A program made the position numbers and the translations under genes. Positions 18,676 through 28,306 of a stretch of DNA of 58,005 nt are shown here, piece by piece. The notes below the pieces were generated by a model. The model was given only the letters and a program-made list of their open reading frames with translations. It searched no databases and was not told the origin of the DNA. Origin of the DNA: an uncultured Oscillospiraceae bacterium (GTDB lineage Bacteria; Bacillota; Clostridia; Saccharofermentanales; UBA5734). Positions within the stretch are counted from its first letter, which is position 1. Each line of letters opens with the position of its first letter. The stretch is taken from NCBI GenBank assembly GCA_964654125.1, contig CAZZGG010000001.1, forward strand, positions 16,821 through 74,825, written 5' to 3'.

Positions 18676-19383
18676 GTGATCAATTACGCCCATCGGGGAG
18701 CAAGCAGCAGGGCACCGGAAAATACTTTTTCAGCCTTTTATCTGGCAGTGGAACTGGGTGCCAACGGTATCGAAACAGATATCCGCCAGACCAGGGACGG
18801 GGTACTAGTGCTCTTGCATGACCAGGACCTGACCAGGCTGGCAGGTCTAGACAGACAAGTCCAGACCATGACCTATGCTGACCTGGCCCAGATTGACCTG
18901 GGCAGCCACAAGGGGCTGCGCTACAAAAATGAAAAAGTGGTCAGGCTGGCTGACTTTTCACGCTATTTTGCCGGCCGGCCCCTAGAGCTGGCCCTGGAGA
19001 TCAAGCAGGCGGGTCTAGAAGAGGCAGTTCTGGACCTGCTGGTTGATTATCAGTGTCGTGATCAGGTGACCATCACCTCCTTTAATATGGACAGCCTGGT
19101 GCTGATCCGCCAGCTGGATGAAGCTGTCCGGTTGGGCTTTCTGACTGAGGCTATCACAGACAGCATTCTAGAGCGGCTGGCGGCAGCCCGGATCGGGCAG
19201 ATCTGCCCTAAGGCAGCCCTGCTGACCAAGTCTGCTGTCCAGGCTGCCCGCAGTCAAGGGTTTTCGATCCGAGCCTGGGGTGTAAAAGACGAAGAACTGA
19301 TGCGACATGCGGTCAGCTGCGCTGTTGATGGCATGACAATTGATTTTCCGGAACAGCTGGCCAATTACTTAAAGGGAGGCTAA
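18676..19383 (+). CDS. Glycerophosphodiester phosphodiesterase (GDPD family)
   Basis: GTG start with GGGGGAGAGG RBS. AHRGASSRAPENT and GIETDIRQTRDGVLVLLHD motifs. Confidence 0.85.
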   Translation: MINYAHRGASSRAPENTFSAFYLAVELGANGIETDIRQTRDGVLVLLHDQDLTRLAGLDRQVQTMTYADLAQIDLGSHKGLRYKNEKVVRLADFSRYFAGRPLELALEIKQAGLEEAVLDLLVDYQCRDQVTITSFNMDSLVLIRQLDEAVRLGFLTEAITDSILERLAAARIGQICPKAALLTKSAVQAARSQGFSIRAWGVKDEELMRHAVSCAVDGMTIDFPEQLANYLKGG

Positions 19384-19386
19384 CCC

Positions 19387-20697
19387 ATGGCAAAGATGAG
19401 TAGCGCTAACTATAGTGAGCTGAGAAACTATCTGGACAAGCTGCCTGTGATCGAAACACATGAACATTACACAGGTGCCACAGGGCCCGTGGAGGATGTC
19501 CTGGCATTTTTAGTGGAAAACTACTACTTTTCTGATCTGCTCTCGGCTGGTTTTGGCCAGGAAGCAGAGTTGGACGCACTGACTGATAAAACTAAGCTGG
19601 AACTGGCTGACAGGTTTAACCTTTTTAGGCAGATCTGGCAAAAGAGCCGTTTTACGGCCTATGCCCAGGGCCTGGCCCGGGGTCTTTTGACCTGCTGGGA
19701 CAGGCAGGTACCGCAAAATCTCACTGAGTTGGCCGAACTGGCCAATCTACTGCAAAAGCGTGATGAAGCCACCTTCACCAAGCAGATGGAAAAGCAGCAG
19801 ATCAAGGCCATGGTGGTGGATATATTTGATCTGGAACCCTACTTAAACGGACAGATTAAAGATTATAGCGCCTACTGCCGCTTTGCTTTCCCACTGCCGG
19901 CCTACCATGACATCAGGTCCAAGAGCGATATTATGCGGCTGGAGCCTTATCTGGCCAGGCCGATCAGGACCTTGGCTGATTATTTAGAGGCCTTTGCCGG
20001 GCTCTGGCACAAGGCGCTTGATTTTGGCATTGTAGCTGTCAAAGACCAGTCGGCCTATCGGCGCAGCCTGGCTTATAAAAACCCCGCCCAGGCTGAGGCA
20101 GAAAATGTGTTTAACCAGATCATCAGCCAGCCGCGCCAGGTCTTTGCCACAGAGCAGCTCCAGATCCTGGATGATTATCTCTTCCAGGCCTTTATGCGTC
20201 TGGCTGGGCAGGCGGATATCCCCGTCCAGCTCCATACCGGCCATATGGCCGGGATCAGGAACGAGATTAGTAAGACCAATGCAGTCCAGCTGATTCCTTT
20301 GCTGGAGCTGCACCAGGATGTCCGCTTTGGCCTTTTCCATGGCAACTGGCCTTATCTGGATGAGTATCTTTTCCTGGGTAAGAACTATCCTAATGTCTGG
20401 CTGGATCTTTGCTGGGTCCAGCAGATCGACCCACTCTATAGCATTCAGCTGATGAAAAGGGCGGTCATGACAGTACCGCATAGTAAAATCCTGGCCTTTG
20501 GCGGTGACACCAGCCAGATCGAATGGGCGGTTGGCTATTTAGAACTGGCCCGGGATAATGTGGCCCGGGCTCTGTCTGACCTGGTTGATGAAAACTGGCT
20601 GGATCTGGCAGAGGCCAAGCAGGTTGCAGTTGACTGGTTTTATAATAATGCTAATGAGTTTTTCCGCTTGGGACTGCCGCCTTTTAGATCAGGCTGA
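19387..20697 (+). CDS. Amidohydrolase-family metal-dependent hydrolase
   Basis: 436 aa. VIETHEHY (HxH-type metal site), HTGH, FHGNWPY and FGGD motifs. GGAGG RBS. Confidence 0.6.
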   Translation: MAKMSSANYSELRNYLDKLPVIETHEHYTGATGPVEDVLAFLVENYYFSDLLSAGFGQEAELDALTDKTKLELADRFNLFRQIWQKSRFTAYAQGLARGLLTCWDRQVPQNLTELAELANLLQKRDEATFTKQMEKQQIKAMVVDIFDLEPYLNGQIKDYSAYCRFAFPLPAYHDIRSKSDIMRLEPYLARPIRTLADYLEAFAGLWHKALDFGIVAVKDQSAYRRSLAYKNPAQAEAENVFNQIISQPRQVFATEQLQILDDYLFQAFMRLAGQADIPVQLHTGHMAGIRNEISKTNAVQLIPLLELHQDVRFGLFHGNWPYLDEYLFLGKNYPNVWLDLCWVQQIDPLYSIQLMKRAVMTVPHSKILAFGGDTSQIEWAVGYLELARDNVARALSDLVDENWLDLAEAKQVAVDWFYNNANEFFRLGLPPFRSG

Positions 20698-21412
20698 GGC
20701 AGTCCACATCCAGCTGGTAGGTGACATCCTTGCGTTCAACAATGATGTTGATTTTAGCCCGTAGCTGCGCATCAGCCAGGATCTGCCTGATCAGTTCCCG
20801 GGTGGGATTAACAGCGTGAGGCTGGCCGACCAGCTGGAACATGGCCAGATCGCCGGATGTGTCGCCATAGGCAGAACAGGCAGCCAGATCAAGCTGGTGT
20901 TTTGCGGCCATGGCCAAGATGGCCTGGTGCTTGCTGGCAGAATTCCACATCGGGTGAATGACCCCGCTATAGGTTCCGTCCGGACCGATTTCGTAGATAG
21001 TGCCGCGATAGTCATCCATCTGGTATTTGCTGGCCATTTCCCGCACCAACTCAACTGGTGAGCCGGAGATGGCAATGATGAGCTGGCCCTGGGCCCGGTG
21101 CCACTTGATGCGGTCACGGGTGTAGGTATAGACTCGCTCATAGGCCTGCTCAACCACCTGGCGGGCTATATGGGCAATCAGGTAGGCATCAGTATTTTGT
21201 ACTGTAGCAAGATAAATGTCGACCATCTTTTGCAGGTACTGATCATAGTCACCCACCCGGCGGCTCCAGCTGGTAAAAGCTGGCTTGACTTCCAGATGCC
21301 ACTTGCTCTCATCGATCAGCTCATATTTGACCATCTTGCGAAACATTTCAGTGATCAAACCTTCGCGTGTGATGGTGCCATCAACATCAAAAAAAGCTGC
21401 ACTTTTTTGCAT
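20684..21412 (-). CDS. HAD-IB family hydrolase
   Basis: 242 aa. Motif I AAFFDVDGTIT, ISGSP and a late YGDTSGDLAMF motif. Confidence 0.75.
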   Translation of the reverse strand: MQKSAAFFDVDGTITREGLITEMFRKMVKYELIDESKWHLEVKPAFTSWSRRVGDYDQYLQKMVDIYLATVQNTDAYLIAHIARQVVEQAYERVYTYTRDRIKWHRAQGQLIIAISGSPVELVREMASKYQMDDYRGTIYEIGPDGTYSGVIHPMWNSASKHQAILAMAAKHQLDLAACSAYGDTSGDLAMFQLVGQPHAVNPTRELIRQILADAQLRAKINIIVERKDVTYQLDVDCLSLI

Positions 21413-21503
21413 GAGTTTACTTCCTTTCCCAGCCAGGTAGATAATCTAGCTTATAATTGGCGGCCTTTTACAAGGAAAACTTCAGGTGCAATCATCTGCG
21501 TGA

Positions 21504-22493
21504 TCATCTGTTTGTTGATTTACTTTCTTGATAATAGCCTTTGATCAGCTGGTCCATGACCCAGCTGGTGCGGGCAGCGCTGCTGCCTGTGCTGGGACAC
21601 TGGCCTTGGCCGCCCAGTTCATCGACGATAGTCTGGATCAGGGGCTGCTGGATATGGAGTGGATTTTTCAGGGAATATTCTGTCCTGCCGGTTTTTGTTT
21701 GCAGCAGGACCGGTTCATCAGCAAAGGTGGAAAAAGTAATCTTGCCCGCGCTGCCGATGATCTCGTTTTCGTCCAAATCAAAACCGGCTGTAAAGCACCA
21801 TTGGCCAGTGCCGTGCACCCCTTGGGGAAAGAGGAAATGGGCGCTGACCATGTCTTCGGCCGGATAAAGACCGGCCTGATTAGTGGCTAGTCCACTGACT
21901 TGACTGATGGGGCCGAGCAAAAAATCCAGGATATCTAGGGTGTGGCTGCCCACATCCAGCAGGAGACCGCCACCGGCTAGCTGGGGCTGGACCCGCCAGG
22001 GTAGCTCGGCCTCTATCTTGAGAGTCTGGCGGTAGTAACGGCAGGTCACAGCCCGGACCTGGCCGATCGCGCCTTTTTCGAGCAGCTGTTTGATCTTTAA
22101 AAAACGAGGCAGGGCCCGCCTGTAGTAGGCCACAAAAAGAGGCACGCCTTCTTCCTGGCAGACCCTGATCATCTCCTGGCACTGGGCAAAATCAAGGGCC
22201 ATGGGTTTTTCCACATAGACCGGCTTTTTAGCCCGGGCAGCCAGCAGGGTGTATTCCATATGCGCGGCTGGCGGCGTGGCTATATAGACAGCATTGACCT
22301 GTGGATCATTGATCAGGTCCTGGGCCGAATCATACCAGGCCGGCACACTATGACGGCGGGCATAGTCCTGGGCCAGGTCAGCCCGGCGCCGCATCACAGC
22401 CAGCAGGCTGGAATTATTTGCCCTTTGCAAGGCAGGACCGCTTTTTACTTCAGTCACATCACCACAACCGATAATTCCCCAACGAACCTGCAT
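21504..22493 (-). CDS. Gfo/Idh/MocA family oxidoreductase
   Basis: The track ORF starts at 22511. AAGGAGG lies 8 nt upstream of ATG 22493, giving MQVRWGIIGCGDV (Rossmann motif). EKP motif VYVEKPMA. Confidence 0.85.
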   Translation of the reverse strand: MQVRWGIIGCGDVTEVKSGPALQRANNSSLLAVMRRRADLAQDYARRHSVPAWYDSAQDLINDPQVNAVYIATPPAAHMEYTLLAARAKKPVYVEKPMALDFAQCQEMIRVCQEEGVPLFVAYYRRALPRFLKIKQLLEKGAIGQVRAVTCRYYRQTLKIEAELPWRVQPQLAGGGLLLDVGSHTLDILDFLLGPISQVSGLATNQAGLYPAEDMVSAHFLFPQGVHGTGQWCFTAGFDLDENEIIGSAGKITFSTFADEPVLLQTKTGRTEYSLKNPLHIQQPLIQTIVDELGGQGQCPSTGSSAARTSWVMDQLIKGYYQESKSTNR

Positions 22494-22510
22494 CTTGATT
22501 TCCTCCTTCA

Positions 22511-23479
22511 TTAGCCTGGTGGCGCTAAAACAGCCAGATGGATGGCACCGCTGCCATAACGGTCACGGTCATATATGATAAATATGCGGCCATCGTCGGC
22601 CTGGACAGCATCAGGGTAGGAAACCAGATCTCTTGTTTCAAACTGACAGAGCTTGCTAAAACTCTTGTCATCTGTGCTAAGCCAGGCGCCCAGACCCTGG
22701 CGCTGATCCGGCTTATCGGTGTTGATCAGGAGCAGCTGGCCTGAATTCAGCCGGCCTAGAAAAAAACGGCTGCCGGGATTGACGATGCCGCTGGGAGACC
22801 CTTCTGTCCAGGTCAGGCCTTTGTCAGAGGAAAAGCTCTGCCAGATCTGGCCTGACCCTGTCCTGATCATCATCCAGAGCACACCATCGCGGCGCTGGAC
22901 GACCATGTTCTCCAAAGCCCAGGCCGGGGCCTGTACTGCACCATGTAAGGTCCAGCTCTGGCCCTGGTCCCGGGAAATGGCCACGCCTTGGACCGCATCC
23001 TGGACAAACCAGCCTGCCTCAGGTAGTTTGTCAGACCAGGAGACAGGTAAAAGCCAGCTTTGGTTATCTAAAATGATTGGTTTATTGAGCCGCACAGTAA
23101 AGGCGGCTGGCAGCTTGATCTGGACCGGGCTGGACCAGACTGCTTCATCTTTTAGCTCAGCCTTACAGTAATAGATGGCAAAGGTATTTGTAGTTAGGTT
23201 GGCTGTGTTGTAGATCAGCCAAAGCTGGTCAGCGGGATCTAGCCAGAGGCAAGGATCGTAGGCCCTGGTCGCACCAGGCAGATCAATGACGCAGCTGGGC
23301 TGGCTCCATGTTTGGCCGCTATCTGAGCTCTGGCAGAACCAGATGCTGTTAGCCGGGTCCGGCTCACGCGGACCGCCGCTGTAAAAGGCGCACCAGAGCC
23401 TGCCATCCGCTGTTCTGGCAATACTGGGAATTCCCTGCCAGGTTCGCTCCTGCTTGGTGGAGACAAGATAGGTTTGCAT
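22511..23479 (-). CDS. BNR-repeat sialidase-fold protein (exo-alpha-sialidase-like), no signal peptide
   Basis: 322 aa. Three clear Asp-boxes (SSDSGQTWS, SRDQGQSWT, SSDKGLTWT) and one degenerate box (STDDKSFS). Confidence 0.75.
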   Translation of the reverse strand: MQTYLVSTKQERTWQGIPSIARTADGRLWCAFYSGGPREPDPANSIWFCQSSDSGQTWSQPSCVIDLPGATRAYDPCLWLDPADQLWLIYNTANLTTNTFAIYYCKAELKDEAVWSSPVQIKLPAAFTVRLNKPIILDNQSWLLPVSWSDKLPEAGWFVQDAVQGVAISRDQGQSWTLHGAVQAPAWALENMVVQRRDGVLWMMIRTGSGQIWQSFSSDKGLTWTEGSPSGIVNPGSRFFLGRLNSGQLLLINTDKPDQRQGLGAWLSTDDKSFSKLCQFETRDLVSYPDAVQADDGRIFIIYDRDRYGSGAIHLAVLAPPG

Positions 23480-23490
23480 GATTTGATACC

Positions 23491-24255
23491 TCAGCTTTGT
23501 GAATATCTTTCCAAAAATCTCTTGGTCCTGTCCTGTTCCGGCCGGCCCAGGACTGCTTCAGCTGTGCCTTCTTCCACCACCAAACCATCGTCCATGAAAT
23601 AAACCTTGTCAGCCACCTGGCGGGCAAACTGCATTTCATGGGTGACAATGACCATGGTCATGTTTTCTTCAGTCAGGCCCCGGATGACCTTGAGCACCTC
23701 ACCGGTCAGTTCCGGATCAAGGGCAGAGGTCGGTTCATCAAAAAAGAGCACCTCGGGCTTTAAGGCCAGAGCTCGGACAATGGAAACCCTTTGCTGCTGG
23801 CCGCCAGAGAGCTGATAGGGATAGTTATCCGCCTTGTCAATTAGGCCCATCTTGTCTAACAGCGCCCGCGCCTCACTGATAGCCTGATCACGGGGCTGTT
23901 TTTGGACTGTGATCATAGCATCAGTCACATTCTTCAGGACTGAATAGTGGGGGAAGAGATTAAAGTTTTGAAAAACCAGGCCAAAATAGCCGCGGATCTT
24001 TTTCATGGTCAGGCTGTCGCAGTAGATCGCCTGGCCGTCCGGGTCTGATTTGGCAGCATATTCATCCATATACTTGATCTCACCGCAGTCGATTTTCTCC
24101 AGCATGGTTGCGCAGCGCAACAAGGTCGACTTGCCTGAGCCAGAAGGGCCAATAATGGCAACAACCTCGCCCTTGGCCACAGTCACTGTGATACCTTTAA
24201 GCACTTCCAGTGTGTCAAAACATTTTTTGATATTATTTAGTTCCAGTACATTCAT
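23491..24255 (-). CDS. Polar amino-acid ABC transporter ATP-binding protein
   Basis: 254 aa. Walker A GPSGSGKST, signature LSGGQQQRV, Walker B LFFDEPTSALD. Confidence 0.9.
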   Translation of the reverse strand: MNVLELNNIKKCFDTLEVLKGITVTVAKGEVVAIIGPSGSGKSTLLRCATMLEKIDCGEIKYMDEYAAKSDPDGQAIYCDSLTMKKIRGYFGLVFQNFNLFPHYSVLKNVTDAMITVQKQPRDQAISEARALLDKMGLIDKADNYPYQLSGGQQQRVSIVRALALKPEVLFFDEPTSALDPELTGEVLKVIRGLTEENMTMVIVTHEMQFARQVADKVYFMDDGLVVEEGTAEAVLGRPEQDRTKRFLERYSQS

Positions 24256-24269
24256 ATTTATCCAACTTT

Positions 24270-24977
24270 CTAACGGAAATAATTGAGCCCTTTTTCGGCA
24301 CGCTCCATCAGCCAGGCCATGACAAAGTTAAAGATATAGTAGAAAATGCCGGCCACAATGAAGGGCACTAGAGTTGCCTGGGAGGAGGCAATCTTGCGGG
24401 CCATGGTGAACATCTCTGAATAAGAGATGGCAAAGGCCAGGGAGGTGTCCTTGACCAGAGTGATAACTTCATTGGTGATCGAAGGCAGGATCCTTTTGAT
24501 GACCTGGGGCAGGATGATCTTAAAAAAAGTCTGGCCCTTGGTGTAACCCAGCACAGAAGCGGCCTCATACTGGCCGACCGACATTGATTCGATACCTGAA
24601 CGGTAGATCTCGGCAAAATAAGCAGCGTAATTCAGCACAAAACCAATGATGACCGCATAAAAGCGGTAGTTTTGCCCGAGGGTTATACCAAAGATCAGGT
24701 TGGGTCCGAAATAGACCACCATCAGCTGCAGGATCAAAGGTGTGCCCCGCATCAGGGAGATGTAAAGCTTGATCAGCAGCTGGATGGGTTTAAGTTGGCT
24801 CAGCCAGCGGCTCAGCCAACCCTTGGGAGTCAAACCGGCCAGAGGAGCCCACTGCGACATGCGGCCGAAAGAGACCAGTAGTCCCAGCGGCAGTGAACCG
24901 ATCAGGGTCAGGGCGAAGATCAAAATTGAACGTAAAAGCCCGCTGCCCAACTGTATAATAATTGTTTCCAGTGTCAT
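24270..24977 (-). CDS. Polar amino-acid ABC transporter permease
   Basis: Start taken at ATG 24977 (GGGAG RBS). HisM/GlnP-type EAA region YEAASVLGYTKGQTFFKIILPQ. Confidence 0.85.
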   Translation of the reverse strand: MTLETIIIQLGSGLLRSILIFALTLIGSLPLGLLVSFGRMSQWAPLAGLTPKGWLSRWLSQLKPIQLLIKLYISLMRGTPLILQLMVVYFGPNLIFGITLGQNYRFYAVIIGFVLNYAAYFAEIYRSGIESMSVGQYEAASVLGYTKGQTFFKIILPQVIKRILPSITNEVITLVKDTSLAFAISYSEMFTMARKIASSQATLVPFIVAGIFYYIFNFVMAWLMERAEKGLNYFR

Positions 24978-25136
24978 AAAAAAGCTCCCGCCTTGCAAAA
25001 TCATCTAGTCATTTACCAGTTTATCATTATAGCAGAAGAAAGCGAATCCAGCTGAAAACAAATAATCAGCCGCATGTTACACCAGCTTTGCCAAAATCCG
25101 CTATAGTAGAGACAATACTCAAGTAAGAGGCAACTT

Positions 25137-26045
25137 ATGGCAAAAAACAAAACAAAATTACTGACGCGCTCCTACCTGCTAGTACCCCTGGCCTTATTTT
25201 GCGCGCTCTTATGGGGCAGCGCCTTTCCCGGCATCAAAATTGGTTATGAGCTCTTTTTTGTGGCTGGTAGTTATGAAAAAATAATGTTTGCCGGAATCAG
25301 GTTCTTGCTCGCTGCAATTCTCATATTTGCTTTTTCGCTGCTCAGTAAAAGAAAACTAATACTTACTAAAAAGAGCCTGATGCGCCTGCTGGCCCTGGGC
25401 CTGATCCAGACCAGCCTGCAGTACATCCTTTTTTACATTGGCCTGTCCAACACCTCCGGGACTAAAGCTTCTATCCTATCTGCCACCAATACTTTATTTT
25501 CAGTCCTGCTGGTCCATTTCTTTTCTAGCGAAGACAGGTTAAGCCTGAAAAAAATACTAGGCCTGATCCTAGGTTTTTCCGGTGTCATCATTGTCAACCT
25601 AAGCGGTTCTGGCCTGGGCGCAGGTTTTACCTTTGCGGGCGACGGTTTTATCATTCTTTCTAGCCTTTTAGGGGCCCTAGGCGGCATCTACACCAAAAAG
25701 CTGACTGAGGAGCTGGATGCCTTTATAATATCCGGCTACCAATTGCTGCTGGGCTCGCTCTTTTTAATTGGAGCTGGTTTTCTAGGTGGGGGTTACCAGC
25801 TGGTTTTCAGTCCCACTGGTCTGGCCCTGCTTTTTTATCTGAGCCTGGTCTCCGCCCTGGCTTTTTCGATCTGGTCTGTCTTGCTAAAATACAACCAGGT
25901 CAGTGAGGTGACAATTTTTAAGTTTACGATTCCCTTGTTCGGTGTGCTTTTATCCTACATTCTGTTAGGTGAAAGGCTGATGGGAGCAAATGTGCTGCTG
26001 GCCATAGTTTTGGTGTCTTTGTCTGTGATATTAATCAGCAGATGA
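25137..26045 (+). CDS. EamA/DMT-family transporter
   Basis: 302 aa with about 10 TM segments. Duplicated EamA-type halves (LWGSAFPGIK..., LSLVSALAFSIW). Confidence 0.85.
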   Translation: MAKNKTKLLTRSYLLVPLALFCALLWGSAFPGIKIGYELFFVAGSYEKIMFAGIRFLLAAILIFAFSLLSKRKLILTKKSLMRLLALGLIQTSLQYILFYIGLSNTSGTKASILSATNTLFSVLLVHFFSSEDRLSLKKILGLILGFSGVIIVNLSGSGLGAGFTFAGDGFIILSSLLGALGGIYTKKLTEELDAFIISGYQLLLGSLFLIGAGFLGGGYQLVFSPTGLALLFYLSLVSALAFSIWSVLLKYNQVSEVTIFKFTIPLFGVLLSYILLGERLMGANVLLAIVLVSLSVILISR

Positions 26046-26149
26046 GACCTGGCCTTGGTGTATTGCTTAAGCTTGCCCCAGGGCAAAAAAACAGCTAATC
26101 TTGGAACAGTACAAGAGAGACATCCAACAGCTGACTAGGAGGACCATTT

Positions 26150-27343
26150 ATGGAGATCTGGCTGGCAACAACGGTTTTACTTGCTCTGGTTGGCCTTTTG
26201 GCCTTATTGCTTTATCTGGCCAGCAAGTATAAAAAACGCTGGCTTAATGCCTCAGGCATTGTGGTCGGTATTCTAGTTTTAGTCCTGGCTTTTTATCTGC
26301 CCGGAGTTTATTTTGTCTCCACCTTGCAGAGGCTGGAATCAGCTGCTTCAACTAGGCTGACCACAAGCAGCAGCCCCCTTGTAACCACTAACTCGGAAAC
26401 AAAAAACCTACCCAGGCCTACTACTACTGCTCTGCCAAGCAGTACAAGCACCAGGCCAACTGTGCAGCCCAGCCCGACAGCTCCGCACCTGAACCAGCCC
26501 GTCCAGCATCCGGATGTCCTGGCTGTCCGGGAGCAGCCTTATCCCCCAGATCCGCTTTTTTCAGATTTTAACGAAGTGACCCAATTCATGCTCTATAACT
26601 TCCTCAGCGATCAGTTTGAATTTGATTTTTATCTGGCCGAGGAACTGGCACCAGATGAAGGCAGCGGCTACTACCTGCTGGATAAGGCTTGTGCCACTGC
26701 GCTGGCTTATTACTTTTTCAGTGCGTTCTACATTGAGGACCTGTACACAATCAATCAGGCCGACGGCAAAGTATATGCCAAAGTCAAGCTTTCCTTCACC
26801 CACCCGGAAAGAGATGTGCTGGCCCGGGAAAATGCTGTTGAATTTATTAGAAATAATCCAGTGCCACCGCAGGGCTTTAGCAGCGCGGCGGCTGAAAAAG
26901 CCTATGCCCGGCTGATCCATAACTTCATCGCCCGTAAGGTGATCTATGCCCCAATCGGCTATGATCCGGAAAAACTGCAGGGACTGGAAAAATACGAAGC
27001 CTTTCAGGAAGCCTATAATGTCCTGACAGCACCAGACAATGAAGCTGTCTGTGCCGGCTATGCCAGGGCTTTTGCCCTGCTGGCCCAGTATGCCGGCATC
27101 AATGCAGCTTATGTCTACGGTAATGAGACAGGCACAGAAAGCCATGCTTGGAATGTCATCTATCCATGTGACGGCAGTGAACCCGTCCTAGTTGATGTGA
27201 CCTGGGATGATATAGAGAGCTCAGACTTCCATGGCCAAAAGCATGTTTCCGACAAATATTTTTATATACCCCTCAGCGCTGAATATGAGCACGAGGCAGA
27301 TATTTATTTCACTGGCTTTTTGCAATATATGAATGGGCACTAA
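26150..27343 (+). CDS. Membrane-anchored transglutaminase-like (Cys-protease fold) protein
   Basis: 397 aa. N-terminal TM segments, S/T/P-rich linker, and CAGYARAFALL...ESHAWNVI...LVDVTWDD (C/H/D arrangement). Confidence 0.6.
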   Translation: MEIWLATTVLLALVGLLALLLYLASKYKKRWLNASGIVVGILVLVLAFYLPGVYFVSTLQRLESAASTRLTTSSSPLVTTNSETKNLPRPTTTALPSSTSTRPTVQPSPTAPHLNQPVQHPDVLAVREQPYPPDPLFSDFNEVTQFMLYNFLSDQFEFDFYLAEELAPDEGSGYYLLDKACATALAYYFFSAFYIEDLYTINQADGKVYAKVKLSFTHPERDVLARENAVEFIRNNPVPPQGFSSAAAEKAYARLIHNFIARKVIYAPIGYDPEKLQGLEKYEAFQEAYNVLTAPDNEAVCAGYARAFALLAQYAGINAAYVYGNETGTESHAWNVIYPCDGSEPVLVDVTWDDIESSDFHGQKHVSDKYFYIPLSAEYEHEADIYFTGFLQYMNGH

Positions 27344-27369
27344 AAAACAGGACCGCAAGAGCGGTCCTG
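27342..27369 (-). terminator. Rho-independent terminator for the minus-strand binding-protein gene (possibly bidirectional)
   Basis: 9-bp GC-rich stem CAGGACCGC-AAGA-GCGGTCCTG (27348-27369). On the minus strand it is followed by TTTTTT (27347-27342). It sits in the 50-bp gap between convergent genes. Confidence 0.6.
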
Positions 27370-27393
27370 TCACAAGTATACTTTTCAGTTTTT

Positions 27394-28206
27394 TTAGTGA
27401 GCGAAGGCTTTGGGGAAGACCAGGCTTTCCATGACTAAACCCATATCCTCATAACCACTGGCAATTTCGACCATCTTGCCGTCGTTGGCCATTTCCAGCA
27501 GGACTCCCTGCACTGTGTACATCAGTTCCTTGTTGCCCAGTAAGAAGCCAACGCCATATTTTTCTGAAGAAACATCCTCATCCAGGATGTGGTAGCTGCC
27601 AGACTGGCTGGCCATATAATAGTTGGCCACACCAACATCGACAGCAATGGCATCAACAGCACCTGCGTTTAGCTCCATGTAGGCTGAATTATAATCGGCT
27701 GTTTCTAAAAGCTTGGTGAAGGTGTCTGTCAGCTCTTTGCGATCCTTTTCCAAGGCTGCCAGTGCAGAGGAGCCTGCCTGGGTGATGACAGTTTTACCAG
27801 CCAGGTCAGCCATGGTGCTGATGCCACTGTCGGCGCGCACGACCATGACAATGCTGTTGTCATAGTAGCCGGCTGTCCAGGTGTAATCATTTTCGCGGCC
27901 ATTGATGGTAAAACCATTCCAGATGCAATTGATGTTGCCGGTCTTGAGTTCAGCATCTTTCGAGTCCCAGACAATCGGCACCAGCTGGATGTCCCAGTCC
28001 AGCCGCTTGCACACTTCAGCAGCCAGGGCCAGGTCAAAGCCGTCATAAGCACCCTTATCATCAATATAACCAAAGGGTGGATATTCAGCGTCAAAGCCGA
28101 CTTTTAAGGTGAATCGTTCGGTTTCTTGCTGCTTGCCGCCTTTTGAGCAGGCTGTAAAGGAAAGGAGCATGACCAGGGCCAGGCTCAGGATAAGAAGTCG
28201 CTTCAT
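27394..28206 (-). CDS. Polar amino-acid ABC transporter substrate-binding lipoprotein
   Basis: Start at ATG 28206 (GGAGG RBS). Lipobox LLSFTAC. Type 3 SBP motifs (FDAEYPPFGY, DAIAVD). Confidence 0.85.
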   Translation of the reverse strand: MKRLLILSLALVMLLSFTACSKGGKQQETERFTLKVGFDAEYPPFGYIDDKGAYDGFDLALAAEVCKRLDWDIQLVPIVWDSKDAELKTGNINCIWNGFTINGRENDYTWTAGYYDNSIVMVVRADSGISTMADLAGKTVITQAGSSALAALEKDRKELTDTFTKLLETADYNSAYMELNAGAVDAIAVDVGVANYYMASQSGSYHILDEDVSSEKYGVGFLLGNKELMYTVQGVLLEMANDGKMVEIASGYEDMGLVMESLVFPKAFAH

Positions 28207-28306
28207 GATTATTAACCTCCAACTTTCATGGCGCTTTAGCACGTGAATGTGCTAACGGAATAATGCCATGATATAAGCCTTCTGTCAAATAATCTTTGCT
28301 GGTGAG

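Noticed and set aside
28236-28255. Inverted repeat TTAGCAC-GTGAAT-GTGCTAA between the sulfatase and SBP genes, considered as a terminator or operator
   Set aside because: No U-tract follows on the transcribed (minus) strand, and there is no second copy to define a regulator motif. It is mentioned under the sulfatase finding but not called as a feature.
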